Assembly: GCF_009914755.1 (NCBI RefSeq) | Contig: NC_060928.1 | DNA length: 64,000 nucleotides | Origin: the human T2T-CHM13v2.0 reference genome, Homo sapiens | Strand: one strand, 5' to 3' | In this document: positions 30,501 to 46,630 of the stretch, one piece after another | How the letters are laid out: every line of letters starts with the position of its first letter | Numbering within the stretch: position 1 is the stretch's first letter | Translations under genes and position numbers: made by a program | The notes under the pieces: generated by a model | Seen by the model: the letters and a program-made list of their open reading frames with translations, nothing else | Told to the model about the DNA's origin: nothing | Database searches by the model: none

Positions 30501-32153
30501 TGGACTCCACCAGATAGCCTGCCTAAAACCTCTTGACAGGCTGACTGGTAAAGGGCTTTTCTTATCAAGAATTCAGTCTTTTCCATGTAAAGAATGGAAG
30601 AGACCTCTTCAGATGCACAGAAACCAATGCCAAGCCACAAGGATTACAAATAATCAGAGAAACATGACACTAACAACAACAAAATAAAGTGACCCTTAAC
30701 AAATTGGAAATCTATGAACTGCTTGACAAAAAAAAATTCAAAATAATTATCTTAAAGATCAGTGAGCTAAAAGAGAGCACAGACTGACAATTTTTTAAAA
30801 ATCAGAAAAGTGATTCATGAACAAAAAGAGGTTTAACAAAGAGAAACCATTAAAATAAAACAAACAAAATTTCTGGAGCTAAAAAACACAATGACAGTAG
30901 TGAAAAAAATGTCGTGGAGAGCTTAAGCAGCAGATTGAATCAATCAGAAGAAAGAATCATTGACCTAAATGACAGGTCATTTGGAATTACCCAGTCAGAG
31001 GAACAAAAAATGAAAAGAATAAGAAATAGTGAAGAAAGCCATGGAAGTTTTGAGTCACCATCAAGAAAGCCAATGTATGTATTATGAGAGTCACAGAGGA
31101 GAAGGCAACAAGGATGACAGCTTACTTTACAAAGTAATGGGTTGCTTCCAAGATGGCCGAATAGGAACAGCTCTGGTCTACAGCTCCCAGCAAGATTAAT
31201 GCAGAAGATGGGTGATTTCTGCATTTCCAACCGAGATACCTGGTTCATCTCATTGGGACTGGTTGGACAGTGGGTGCAGCCCACTGAGGGTAAGCTGAGG
31301 CAGAGTGGGGCATCGCCTCACCTGGGAAGCGCAAGGGTGGGGGATTTCCCTTTCCTAGCCAAGGGAACCCATCAATGACTGTACCTGGAGGAGCAGTACA
31401 CTCTTGTCCAAATACTGCACTTTTTGCAACCAGCAGACCAGGGTGTGGGTCCCACGCCCACAGAGCCTTGCTCACTGCTAGCACAGCAGTCAGAGATCAA
31501 CCTGGGATGCTGAAGTTTGGTGGGAGGAGGGGCTTCCACCATTCCTGAGGCTTCAGTAGGCGGTTCTATGCTCACAGTGTAAACAAAACAGGGAAGCTTG
31601 AACTTGGTAGAGCCCACTGCAGCTCAGCAAGGCCTACTGCCTCTATAGATTCCACCTCTGGGGGCAAGGCATATCTGAACAAAAGGTAGCAGACAGCTTC
31701 TCCAGACTTAAATGTCCCTGCCTGAAAGCTCTGAAGAGAGCAGTGGTTCTCCCAGCACAGAGTTCAAGCTCCAAGAGTGGACAGACTGCCTCCTCAAATG
31801 GGTCGCTGACCCCCGTGTAACCTGACTGGGAGACACCTCCCAGTAGGGGCTGACAGACACCTCATATAGGCAGGTGCCCCTCTGGAACGAAGCTTCCAGA
31901 GGAAGTATCAGGCAGCAATATTTGCTGTTCTGCAGCCTCCAGTGGTGATACTCTGGCAAACAGGGTCTGGAGTGGACCTCTAGCAAACTCCAACAGACCT
32001 GCAGCTGAGGCGCCAGTCTGTTAGAAGGAAAACTAACAAACAAAAAGGAATAGCACCAACATCAACAAAAGGGACCACACCAAACCTCATCCACACCAAA
32101 CCTCATCCATAGGTCACCAATATCAAAGACCAAAGGTAGATAAAACCACAAAG

Positions 32154-33174
32154 ATTGGGAGAAACCAGAGTGAAAGGCTAAAAATTCCAAAAACCAGAAC
32201 ACCTCTTCTCTTCCAAAGGAACACAACTCCTCCCCAGCAAAGGAAAAAAACTGGATGGAGAATGAGTTTGACAAGTTGACAGAAGTAGGCTTCAGAAGGT
32301 CGGTAATAACAAACTTCTCTGAGCTAAAGGAGCATGTTCTAACCCATCGCAAGGAAGCTAAAAACCTTGAAAAAAGGTTAGATGAATGGCTAAGTAGAAT
32401 AACTTGTGCAGAGAAGAGCTTAAATGACCTGATGGAGCTGAAAACCACAGTATGAGAACTTTGTGAAGTATAAACAAGCTTCAATAGTCAATTCAATCAA
32501 GTGGAAGAAAGGATATCAGTGATTGAAGATCAAATTAATGAAATAAAATGAGAAGACAAGAGTAGAGAAAAAAGAGTGAAAAGAAATGAACAAAGCCTCC
32601 AAGAAATAAGGGACTATGTGAAAAGACCAAATGTTTGATTTGATTTCAAGTGTACCTGAAAGTGATGGGGAGAATGGAAATAAGTTAGAAAACACTCTTC
32701 AGGATATTATCCAGTAGAACTTCCCCAACCTAGCAAAGCAGGCCAACATTCAAATTCAGGAAATACAAAGAACACCACAAAGATACTCCTTGAGAAGAGT
32801 AAACCCAAGACACGTAATTGTCAGATTCACCAAGATTGAAATGAAGGAAAAAATGTTAAGGGCAGCCAGAGAGAAAAGTCAGGTTATGCATAAAGGGAAG
32901 CCCAACAGTGGATCTCTTGGCAGAAACCCTACAAGCCAGAAGAGAATGGGGGCCAATATTCAACATTCTGGAAGAAAAGAATTTTCAACCCAGATTTTCA
33001 TGTCCAGCTAAACTAAGATTCATAAGTGAAGGAGAAATAAAATCCTTTACAGAGAAGCAAATGATGAGAGATTTTGTCACCATGAGCCCTGTCTTACAAG
33101 AGCTCCTGAAGGAAGCACTAAACATGGAAAGAAACAACAAGTACCAGTCACTGCAAAAACATGTCAAATTGTAA
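32154..33174 (+). pseudogene. L1 ORF1p remnant (start codon mutated, stops and frameshifts)
   Basis: ENEFDKLTEVGFRRSVITNFSELKE; PRHVIVRFTK; QARREWGPIFNILEEKNFQPR. Confidence 0.9.
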
Positions 33175-33237
33175 AGACCATCAATGCTATGAAGAAACTG
33201 TGTCAATTAACAGGTGAAATAACCAGCTAGCATCATA

Positions 33238-36200
33238 ATGACAGGATCAAATTCACACATAACAATATTAACCTTAAATGTAAGTGGGCTAAATGCCACA
33301 ATTAAAAGACACAGACTGGCAAATTGGATAAAGAGTCAAGACCCATGAGTGTGCTGTATTCAGGAGACCCATCTCACATGCAGAGACACAAATAGGCTCA
33401 AAATAAATGGTTGGAGGAAGATTTGTCAAGCAAATGGAAAGCAATAAAAAGCAGGGGCTGCAATTCTAGTCTCTGATAAAACAGACTTTAAACCAACAAA
33501 GATCAAAAGAGACAAAGAAGGCCATTACATAATGGTAAAGGGATCAATGCAACAAGAAGAGCTAATTATCCTAAATATATATGCACCCAATACAGGAGCA
33601 CCCAGATTCATAAATCAAGTTTTTAGAGACCTACAAAGAGACTTAGACTCCCACACAATAATAATGGGAGACTTTAACACCCCACTGTCAATATTAGATA
33701 GATCAGCGAGACAGAAAAGTAACAAGGATATCTAGGACTTGAACTCAGCTCTGGACCTAGTGGACCTAATAGACATCTACAGAACTCTCCACCCCAAATC
33801 AACAGAATATACATTCTTCTCAGCACCACATCACATTTATTCTAAAATTGACCACATAATTGGAAGTAAAACACTCCTCAGCAAATGTAAAAGAACAGAA
33901 ATCACAACGAACAGTCTCTCAGACCACAGTGCAATCAAATTAGGATTCAGGGTTAAGAAACTCACTCAAAACTGCACAACTACATGGAAACTGAACAACT
34001 GGCTCCTGAATGACTACTGGGTAAATAACGAAATGAAGGTAGAAATAAAGATGTTCTTTGAAATCGATGAGAACAAAGACACAATGTACCAGAATCTCTG
34101 GGACACAATTAAAGCAGTGTGTAGAGGGAAATTTATAGCACTAGATGTCCACAAGAGAAAGCAGGAGAGATCTAAAATCAATACCCTAACATCACAATTA
34201 AAAGAACTAGAGAAGCAAGAGCAAACAAATTCAAAAGCTAGCAGAAGACAAGAAATAACTAAGATCAGAGCAGAATTGAAGGAGATAAGAGACACAAAAA
34301 AACCCTTCCAAAAATCAATGAATCTAGGAGCTGGTTTTTCGAAAAGATCAACAAAATAGATAGACTGCTAGCAAGACTAATAAAGAAGAAAAGAGGAGAA
34401 TCAAATAGACGCAATAAAAAATGATAAAGAGGATATCACCACCGATCCCACAGAAATACAAACTATCATCAGAGAATACGATAAACACCTCTATGCAAAT
34501 AAACTAGAAAATCTAGAAGAAATGGATAAATTCCTGGGCACATACACTCTCCCAAGACTAAACCAGGAGGAAACTGAATCTCTGAATAGGCCAATAACAG
34601 GTTCTGAGATTCAGGCAATAATTAACAGCCTACCAACCAAAAAAATTCCAGGACCAGATGGATTCACAGCCAAATTCTACCAGAAGTACAAAGAGGAGCT
34701 GGTACCATTCCTTCTGAAACTATTCCAATCAATAGAAAAAGAGGGAATCCTCCCTAACTCATTTTATGAGGCCAGCATCATCCTGATACCAAAGCCTGGC
34801 AGAGACACAACAAAAAAGAGAATTTTAGGCCAATATCCCTGATGAACATCAATGTGAAAATCTTCAATAAAATACTGGCAAACCGAATCCAGCAGCACAT
34901 CAAAAAGCTTATCCACCATGATCAAGTCTGCTTCATCCCTTGGATGCAAGGCTGGTTCAACATATGCAAATCAATAAACGCAATTTATCACATAAACAGA
35001 ACCAATGTCAAAAACCACATGATTATCTCAATAGATGCAGAAAATGCCTTCGATAAAATTCAACAGACTTTCATGCTACAAACTCTCAATAAACTTGGTA
35101 TTGATGGAATGTATCTCAAAATGATAAGAGCTATTTATGACACACCCACAGCCAATACCATACTGAATGGGCAAAAACTGGAAGCATTCCATTTGAAAAC
35201 CAGCACAAGACAAGGATGCCCTCTCTCACCACTCCTATTCAGCATAGTTTTAGAAGTTCTGGCCAGGACAATCAAGCAAGAAAAAGCAATAAAGCATATT
35301 CAAATAAGAAGAGAGGAAGTCAAATTGTGTCTATTTGCAGACATAATTGTATAGTTAGAAAACCCCATCATCTCAGCCCCAAATCTCCTTAAGCTGATAA
35401 GCAACTTCAGCAAAGTTTCAGAATACAAAATCAGTGTGCAAAAATCACAAGCATTTCTGTGCACCAGTAACAGACAAACAGCCAAATCATGAGTGAACTC
35501 CTATTCACAATTGCTACTAAGAGAATAAAATACCTAGGAATACAGCTTACAAGGGATGTGAAGGACCTCTTCAAGGAGAACTACAAACCACTGGTCAACG
35601 AAATAAAAGAGGACACAAATGAATGGAAAAACATTCTATGCTCATGGATAGGAAGAATCAATATCGTGAAAATGGCCTTACTACCCAAAGTAATTTACAG
35701 GTTCAATGCTATCCCCATCAAGCTACAACTGACTTTCTTCACAGAATTGGAAAAACTACTTTAAACTTCATATGGAATAAAAAAAAAAAAGCCCGCATAG
35801 CCAAGACAATCCTGGGCAAGAAGAACAAAGCTAGAGGCATCACGCTACCTGACTACAAGGCTACAGTCACCAAAACACTGTAGTACTGTTACCAAAACGG
35901 GTATATAGACCAATGGCACAGAACGGAGGCCACAAAAATAACACCACATATCTATCACCATCTGATCTTTGACAAACCTGAGGCACAGAAGCAATGGGGA
36001 AAAAATTCCCTATTTAATAAATGATGTTGGGAAAACTGGCTAGCCATATGCAGAAAACTGAAACTGGGCCCCTTGTTTACACCTTATACAAAAATAAACT
36101 CAAGATGGATCAGAGACTTAAACGTAAGACCTAGACCATAAAAATCCTAGAAGAAAACCTGTGCAATACCATTCAGGACATACACATGGGCAAAGACTTC

Positions 36201-37043
36201 ATGTGTAAAACACCAAAAGCAATGGTAACAAAAGCCAGAACCGAGAAATGGGATCTAATTAAACTAAAGAGCATCTGCACAGCAAAAGAAACTATCATCA
36301 GAGTGAACAGGCAACCTACAGAATGGGAGAAAATTTTTCCAAACTTTCCATTTGACAAAAGGCTAATATCCAGAATCTACAAAGAACTCTAACAAATTTA
36401 TAAGAAAAAAGCAAACAATCCCATCAAAAAATGGGCAAAGGATATGAACAGACACTTCTCAAAAGAAGACATTTATGCAGCCAACAGACATATGAAAAAA
36501 TGCTCATTATCACTGTTCATTAGAGAAATGCAAATCAAAACCACAGTGAGATACCGTCTCACACCAGTTAGAATGGCAATCATTAGAAAGTCAGGAAACA
36601 ACAGATTCTGGAGACGTTGTGGAAAAATAAGAATGTTTTACACTGTTGGTGGGAGTGTAAATTAGTTCAACCATTGTGGAAGACAGTGTGGTGATTCCTC
36701 AAGGATCGAGAACTAGAAATACCATTTGACCCAGCAATCCTATTGCTGGGCATATACCCAAAGGATTATAAATCATTCTATGATAAAGACACATGCACAT
36801 GTATGTTTATTGTGGCACTATTCACCATAGCAGACTTGGAACCAACCCAAATGTCCATCAATGATAGGCTGGATTAAGAAAATATGGCACATATACACCA
36901 TGGAATACTATGCAGCCATAAAAAAGAATGAGTTCATGTCCTTTGAAGGGACAGGGATGAAGCTAGAAACCATCATTCTCAGCAAACTATCGCAAGGACA
37001 GAAAACCAAACACCACATGTTCTCACTCATAAGTGGGAGTTGA
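33238..37043 (+). pseudogene. L1 ORF2p (endonuclease/reverse transcriptase) remnant, disrupted
   Basis: Starts MTGSNSHITILTLNV; [35 protein letters not shown]; the RT FADD motif reads FADI; multiple stops and frameshifts. Confidence 0.93.
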
Positions 37044-38804
37044 ACAATGAGAACACAGGGAGTGGAACATCACACACCTGGGCCTATGAGGGGTGGGGGG
37101 CTAGGGGAGGGATAACATTAGGAGAAATACCCAATGTAGGTGATGGGTTGATGGGTGCAGCAAACCACCATGGCACGTGTATACCTATGTAACAAAACTG
37201 CACATTCTGCACGTGTAACCGAGAACTTAAAAGTATAATAAAAAAAATAAAAATAAAGTGCAGTTTAAATCCCCCCTCCAAAAAAAAAAGCAAAGTAGTG
37301 ACAGAAAACTTTCCAAATCTGGAGAGAAAAATGAACATCCAGATTTTTAAAGCCCAAAGAATGCCAAATAGATTAAATATAAAGATATCTCCACTGAGAC
37401 ATATTATAATAATTTCTCAAAAGTTAAAGATGGAGAGAGAATTTTGAAAACAGCAATAGAAAAGCAACTCATCATATACAAGGAAACCTCATAAAACTAT
37501 CTGTAGATTTCTTAGCAGAAACCATGCAGGCCAGGAGAGAACGGAATGATATTTAGCCAAAATGCTAAAAGAAAAAACTGCCAAGAACATTATACCCTAT
37601 ACGCTGTCCTTTAGAAATGAAGGAGAGATAAGGATGTTCCCAGACAAACAAAAGCTGCAGGAGTATGTCACCATTAGGCCTGACTTACAAGAAGTGATGA
37701 AGGGAGTTTTTCAATTAGAAATGAAATAATATTAATTAACAACATAAAACATATGAATGTATAAAATTCACTATAAAGGTAAGAATATCATCAAATTCAG
37801 AATACTGTTAAGGAATACTTTAATGGTGGTGCATAAATCACCTTTTCCTCTAGCATAAAAATTAAAAGCCAAAAGTATTAAAAATAACCACAGCTGAAAT
37901 AATTTTTCAATAAAAATGCTGTATATAAAAGATATAAATTGTGACATCGACGACATAAAATGTTGAAGAAGGAGAAGTTAAAGAATAGAGTTTTTTATGT
38001 TGAAGTTAAGTTGTTATCAGCTTAAAACAGACTTCTGTAAGTGTTTAAAATAAGCTTCATGATAACCACAGAGAAAAAACATCTAGTAGATATCCCGCAA
38101 AAAGAAAAAGAAATCAGTATACAAGTACAAAAAATTATCAAAGGAAGACATTAAGAGAAGAAGAATGAAGCAAAGGAACTATGAAATAGTTGGAAAACAA
38201 TTAACCAATTGGCAGTAGTAAGTTCTTACTTAGCAATAATTATTTTAAATGTAAATGGCTTAAATTCCACAAGCAAAAGACATAGAACGACTGAATGAAT
38301 TAAAAACAAGATCCAGCTACATGCTGCCTACTTACTTTAGCTTTAAGAACACATATAGACTGAAAGTGAAAAAATAAAAAAAAGATATTCTGTGAAAATG
38401 GTAACCAAAAAAGAGCAGAGATAACTAAGACAATATAGACTTTAAGTCGAAAATTCCCACAACAGACAAAGGTCAATGTATAATGATAAAGAGGTCAATT
38501 CATCAAGAGTCTAAAACAATTGTAAATATGTATGCACCCAATATTAGATCACCTAATATATAAAGCAAATATTAACATAACTGAGAGTAGAAATACATAG
38601 CACTATAATAATAGTAAGGGACTTCAATTCCCCCTTTTTAACATTGGACAGATCATCCAGAGAGAAAATCAATAAGGAAATAGTGGACTTGAACAATACC
38701 ACATACCAAATGTACCTAACAGACATAAACAGAATATATCATCCAACAGCAGCAAAGTACACATTCTTCTCAATTGCACACGAAACATTCTCTGAGACAG
38801 ATTA

Positions 38805-39247
<443 letters not shown>

Positions 39248-39315
39248 TTAAATAACACATTCCTGTGCAGCCAATGAGTAAAAGAAGAAACCAAAAAGGA
39301 AATTTAAAAAATTTA

Positions 39316-39606
<291 letters not shown>

Positions 39607-40153
39607 TTGAGACAAATGAAAATGAAAACACAACATCAAAACTTAGGGACAAACACATTTCTAAGAGGCAAAGTTATAGCAATAAATGCCTACATGGAAA
39701 AAAAAATCTCAAATGCACAAAGTTTTCATCAAAGAACTAGAAAAAGAAGAAACTAAGCGTAGTCAGTAAAAGAAAGGAAATAATAAAAATCAGAGCAGAA
39801 ATAAATAAAATAGAGACTAGAAAAAACAATAGAAAAGATCAATGAAACTAGGACTTAGTTTCTTAACAAGATTGAAAAACCTTCAGCTAGACTAACTTAA
39901 AAAAAGAGGGAAGACTCAAGTAAATAAAATTGTAAAGGGAAGAGGAGACATTAAAACTGATACTATAGAGATACAAAAGCATTATAAAAGATTATTAATA
40001 ATTACATGCCAACACATTGGATAACCTAGAAGAGATGGATAAATTCTTATAAACATTCACACCCTTCCAAGGCTGAAACCTGAAGAAATAGAAATTCTGA
40101 ACAGATCAATAATGAGTAAGAAGATTGAGTCAGTAATCCAAAACCTCCCAACA

Positions 40154-40470
40154 GGCTGGGTGTGGTGGCTTATACCTGTAATCCCACACTTTGGGAGGCC
40201 GAGGTGGTTGGATCACTTGAGGTCAGGAGTTTGAGACCAGCCTGGCCAACATGGTGAAAACCTGTCTGCACTAAAAATACAAAAATTAGCCAGGCATTTT
40301 AGTGGCACATGCCTGTAATCCCAGCTAATCAGGAGACTGAGGCGGGAAAATCGCTTGAACCTGGGAGATGGAGGTTGCAGTAAGTTGAGTTGGCACCACA
40401 GCACTCCATCCTGGGCAACAGAGACTTGGTGTCAAAAAAAAAAAAATACAAACAAACAAACAAAAGAAAC
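40154..40470 (+). mobile_element. AluSx/Sz SINE
   Basis: Dimer with a (CAAA)n tail; TSD aacctc(c/t)caaca. Confidence 0.92.
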
Positions 40471-41137
40471 AACCTCTCAACAAAGAAAATTCCAGGACCT
40501 GATGTGTTCACTCGTGAGTTCTACCAAACATTTAAGGAATAACTAATATCAATTCTTCTCTAACTCTTTCTAAAAAAATTGAGAGGGGAACACTTTCAAA
40601 CTTATTTTATGAGGCTAGCATTTCTCTGATACCCAGCCAGAAAAGCACTACCAAAAAAGAAAATTACAAGTTAATATTCCTGATGAATATAGATGCACAA
40701 ATCCACAACAAAATACTAGTACACTGAATCTGACTGCACATTAAAAGGATCATACAACATGATCAAGGGAGAGTTATCCCTGGAATGCCAAGATGGCTTA
40801 ACACATGCAAATAAATAAATGCAATATATCATATTTAAAGGATAAAGAATAATAATTTTATAATCTTCTCAATAAATGCAGAAAAAGTATTTGACAACAT
40901 TTAACATCTTTTCATGATAGAAACTCTCAATAAATTAGACATAGGAAAAATGTGTCTCAACCTAATAAATGCCATATATAACAAGCCCACAGCTAACGTC
41001 AAACTCAGCAGTAAAAATCTGAAAGCTTTTTCTCTAATATCAGAAAGAAGACAAAGATGTCCACTTTCACCACTTCTATTCAGTATAGTACTGTAAGTCT
41101 TAGCTACAACAATTAGGTAAGAAAAAGAAAAAAAAAA

Positions 41138-41483
<346 letters not shown>

Positions 41484-41606
41484 TTAGCAGGTAACGTGAT
41501 CTCCTATACGGAAAACCCAGAAGACTCCACCAAAAAAAAAAAACAAAACTGTTAGAGCTAATAAATAAATTCAGCAGTGTTGCAGGATACAAAATCAACA
41601 TACAAA

Positions 41607-41864
<258 letters not shown>

Positions 41865-43909
41865 ATTTCTGTATAATAACAGTAATCTGTCTGAAAAAGA
41901 AATCAAGAAAACAATCCCATTAATAGCATCAAAAAGAATAAAATACTTAGAAATAAATTTAACTGAGGAGGTGAAAGGGCTGCACACTGAAAATTATAAA
42001 ACACTGATGAAACAGATTGAAGGAGACACAAATAAATCGATACTTCCTTTGTTCATAAATTGGAAAAATTAATGTTATTAAAATGTCCATGCTACCCAAA
42101 ATGATCTACAGATTTAATGCAATCCCTATTGAATTAGAATTAATGACGTTTTCACAGAAACAGAAAAACAATCCTAAAGTTTGTATGGAGCCACAGAAGA
42201 ACCCTGAATAGCCAAATTAGTCTTAGGGAAAAAAACAAACACCAAACAAAAGCTGCAGCATGACACTGCCTGATTTCAAAATATACAAATTTACTTTTAA
42301 AATGCTACAAAGCTATAGTAATCAAAGTAGCGTGGTATTGGCATAGGCCAATGGAACAGAATAGAAGGTCCAGAAATAAATCCATGCATTTAGGGCTAAT
42401 CGATCTTCAACAAAGGTGCCAAGAAAATACAATGGGAAAGAATAGTCTCTTCAATAAATGGTGTTGGGCAAATTGAATATCCACATGCAGAAGAATGAAA
42501 TTGGACCCTCATCTCACAATACATATAAAAATCAACTCAAAATGGATAAAAGCCTTAAATATAAGGCCTGAAAATGTAAAACTACTGGATGAAAATATAG
42601 GGAAAACCTTTTTGACATTGATCTGGGAAGTGAGTTTTTGTATATTATCCAAAAACCACAGGCAACAAAAGTAAAAATAGAATGTATCAAAATGAAAAAC
42701 TTCTGCAAACAGCAAAGGGAAAATTAAAAGTGAAGAGACAACCCACAGGTATATGAAAAGCTGCTCAACATTACTAATCGCCAGGGAAATGCAGATTAAA
42801 ACTACAATGAAATGTCACCTCAAATTTGTTAGAATGGCTATTATGAAAAACACAAAGGATAAATTGTAGTGAGGATGTGGAGAAAAAGGAAACTTCGTAC
42901 ACTGTTGGCAGGAATGTAAATTAGTACAGACATTATTGAGAAAAGTATTGAAGTTTCATAAAAAATATAAATGCAACTACTATATAATCAAGCAATTTCA
43001 CTTCTGTGTATATATCCAAAGGAAATGAAATCAGTATGTTGAACCAATATCTGTGCTTCTGTGATCATTGCAACATCTTTCACAGCAGTCAAGATGTGGG
43101 ATCAACCTAAGCATCCCTCAAAAGTTGAACAGGAATGGATGGATAAAGAAAATGGGGAATATGTGTAATGGCATACTATTCAGGCTTAAAGACAAAGGAA
43201 ATCTTGTCATTTGCAACAACGTGGATGAACTTAGAGGACACTTTGCTAAGTGAAATAAGCAAGGTACAGAAAGGAAAATATTGTCACATATGTGGCATCT
43301 AAAAAAGTCCAACTCATAGAAGGACAGAGTAAAATGGTTACCAAGGGCTGGGCATGGGAGCAGGAGGGTGGGGATGGGAGATATAAGCCAATGGTAGAAA
43401 GTTTCAGTTAGGATGAATAAGTTCTAGAAATCTATTGTATAGCATGGTACAGCATAGTGAGTATAATTAAATAATAATGTATATTTAAAAATTATTAAGA
43501 GAGTAGAGCCATAAAAACATAAGTATGGAAGGTGATGGATTTGTTAATTAGGTTTATTTAATAATTTCACAATGTATACATAGATCAAAACATCACATTG
43601 TATACCATAAATATATATATATTTTTTTGTTAATTATGCCTTAATAAAGCTGGGAAACACACATGACCCTTTTGGTGACAAGTGACATGTGTTTGTTGAC
43701 CTTTTCCTCAATTTTGTTCACCTAATCTCCACTGTTACCTTATCTTTACTTTCTACTTATATATTTTTTTCTATTTCTAATCTTTCATGTAACTCCATTT
43801 TCCATATTTAAATATCAGTTTTTTTAATCTACCTCATTATCTCTCATTTCTTAAATCCCAAATTAATTTTTCACCTAAGCACTTCCCCTTCATCCTTCTT
43901 CTGCTACCC

Positions 43910-44072
43910 TGCACTGGGGGTCGGAGAACTGAGTTTTAATCCTAGCTCTGCCACTGTGTAGCTATGCAACAACTTTGGACAACTTACTCACCTCATGAGG
44001 TCTCATTTGCCTCATCTGTCAAGTGAGGGGACCTGAATCATTGGTCTCCTACCTCCCTTCTAGTTCTAACAT
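43910..44072 (+). mobile_element. MIR3/MIRc SINE
   Basis: gaactgagttttaatcctagctctgccact...gcctcatctgtcaagtgagggg...cccttctagttctaaca. Confidence 0.75.
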
Positions 44073-44307
44073 CTCATGGTTCTATGGATTTTACTGGAAA
44101 AGTAATGTCCTAAGAGCTTTGCTAATGTTTTTATTGTCACTCTTTCTCTCACCGCTTTGGGCAAGACATACAAACATAGAACTACTTGTGCCTTTGTTAC
44201 CCTTAATATTTTGGGGTTGTTGGCTCCCTAGATCTGAGAAAGAGAAATAAAGTTTTTTCTAGATATTTCAGAATGTGGAAATATTGCATATTTAAGCCTA
44301 GGCACTT

Positions 44308-44471
44308 TTTACTGTCTACTTACTGCCGTTCTCCCCATATTTTCATCTTTTCAGAAATGCAGGTCCTAACACATGCCAGGAGCCATAGCCATTTCCCACT
44401 GCAGCCAGGTTCTCTTACACACCTTTGAATGAAGGACTTACATCTCAAACATTGCCTGAGAGTTTCTTTCA
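44308..44471 (+). repeat. Copy 1 of a ~165-bp dispersed direct repeat
   Basis: About 92% identical (by-eye count ~13 differences) to 47601-47765. Confidence 0.92.
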
Positions 44472-45052
44472 ACCCACCTGAGACATTTAAGTTCCTATCT
44501 CTGCTTCACTTCCTTCTTGATCTCATAAACCCAAAGTACCACCTACCAAGGCCTGGGCTTCTCTGAAGTTCAATGTTTCCCATTGGATGTATTTGGTATC
44601 CAAAGGAGAATCTTTATTTCTGTTTAAAAACTTTTTTTGTATACACGGATGTTGAGTCTGCAAACTCAGGATCTATAGCAGCTCTTCCTGCTGTATTTTT
44701 TCTCTACTTCACTTTCAGGCAAAAATTCTCTATACCTTCAGTCTTCTCCTTGGCCCCATAAGACATATTTCCTACCCTGGTGATGATGGAGGCTCAGATG
44801 GCCTGAATCTGAGTCCAATATTTGGGAAATGTGAGCTGGGCTCCATCATGGAAACATCTGGCTGAAAGTGAACTCCAGGCAGGCGTAGACATTCTGACAC
44901 AGTTCTTGAAAAACATGCTCAGCCATGACTCTCCTCTTTTTAATCCTGCTGGTAAATTCATTCATCTACTCTGTAAGGTTTATTATCTATATAATAGATT
45001 GTATTCATCCAAATATCAAAGGTCATCCCCTAGCTACATCAAAAGTCATCAC

Positions 45053-45094
45053 CTAACTAGTTTAGATAATAAACTAACCAGTTTAGATAATAAA
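45053..45094 (+). repeat. 21-bp tandem duplication
   Basis: ctaac(t/c)agtttagataataaa occurs twice in tandem. Confidence 0.9.
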
Positions 45095-46573
45095 TCATAC
45101 AATATACCTAGTTTCAGCACTGAATAGGTTTCCTGCACATATGTGGCTAAAATTCAACCTCCTACCTCCATGCTACTACTGTAAAGCGACCCACTTAATT
45201 ACACTGAAACTAACAAATGATATAATCACTCATGTTTCTAAAGCACATCTAGCCTTGTGATAGAAAGAAAATTAATGAAATGAGCTTTGCTAAATTGTCT
45301 TGATTCCTTTAGAAAAAAATAGAACTTCTAACAATACATAATTGGATAAAAATAATAAACTATTCAATTTATGACCATGTGTTCAGAAGAAATTAGAAAG
45401 AAGTCTGCCTAAAAAGAATGGAGACGTGACTTGCTGTATTTTCCATCCTCCAAAGCTGCCTTATACACACCCACACACAGACCTGAGCAGGCTGTTAGCG
45501 CTTCATGGCTTATGCTCAATGAAGGAGCTGTAGTTTTATTTGCATGATCCACAGTTAACATTTTTCCACATGATGAAAAATGTTAGTAGCCAGTTCCACC
45601 TTTGTCAAAAAAGTAAGCCGTTCAGTTAAAAACAAAAATTTTAAACGTTTGTTTCAACAAAGGGTAAATCAAATATTCAGAATACTACAGATTTTGCTTA
45701 ACTGGTAAAACTGAGTTATTGTGTGCTGGTTACTCATCCTTTGGAAAAAGAAGGCTTTTCAATAATGGCCCATGCTTTATTTATAAAAGGACCCTGGGAG
45801 ACACCAGTGTTGAGAGAGATGGACATGTATTATGCTGGAAAGCGTACTTGCAACTAACACTGGTAATTACAGTAACAGCTGAAATTGATTGAGTTTCCTG
45901 AATGTTTGGCACCACACTAAGCACTTCACGTGCAGCACATCATTTAATTTCAAAGCAGCCCTGCTGCATCCGATGAGCTAGATATTGCAGGATCATATTT
46001 GCAGGATCATAATCTACCTGCCAATGATAAATTATAATGATTTTGTCATAAATTTTCCAGTGAAAATTTCTAATGATTCTCTGCTTCAGTGCTGGGAAAT
46101 ATTCACAGGGGTGTGAATTAGTAAATATGAAGAGTATTAATTATTTGTATTAGAAGATAGATGGAGTGTTAATGGGTATGATATATTGTAAGCTCTCCCC
46201 AATTAACCCTGAAAGATGATAGCAGAGAGGTTGCTAGTTAAAATTTTTGTAAGTTTAAATCTGATGACTGAAATATGATTCAGAGGAAAATTGTACGTAG
46301 TGTTAAGTGAGAATCATATGTCAAGGCAGGGGAGCTAGAATTAAAGAAGGTGGGTGGGTATTACTGGAAATCTTCAGAAAAAGCCCCTACCCAATGTAGG
46401 AACAAGTTGGGCCCAACAGGCTGTGACTTTTATATGTTGTTAAACAAGATGTGTCAAATGTATCCATATTTTTCCCATTCCAATTATTTTATATTTTCTG
46501 AAGATGACAAACAAATAATTCCTGCAAATCAACTTAAAATTTATTTGTTTATAAATCTTGCTCACTTGTAATT

Positions 46574-46630
46574 TATATATATATATATACACATATAATA
46601 CACACACAAACACAAACACACATATATATG
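46574..46630. repeat. (TA)n/(CA)n compound microsatellite
   Basis: tatatatatatatatacacatataatacacacacaaacacaaacacacatatata. Confidence 0.85.

Larger units (their letters stand above)
31140..37289 (+). mobile_element. Full-length inactive L1PA7/8-like LINE-1
   Basis: 5'UTR ggttgcttccaagatggccgaataggaacagc, ORF1, ORF2, 3'UTR and polyA; TSD caaagta(a/g)tg at 31130 and 37291. Confidence 0.93.

Noticed and set aside
29445-30640. Pro/Gly-rich ORFs and a possible CpG-island promoter
   Set aside because: They arise from the degenerate repeat array of the old L1 5'UTR, which is GC-rich but CpG-depleted.
32255-37043. L1 ORF1/ORF2 pieces as functional CDS
   Set aside because: The ORF1 start is mutated, there are many stops and frameshifts, and the RT FADD motif is broken, so the element is inactive.
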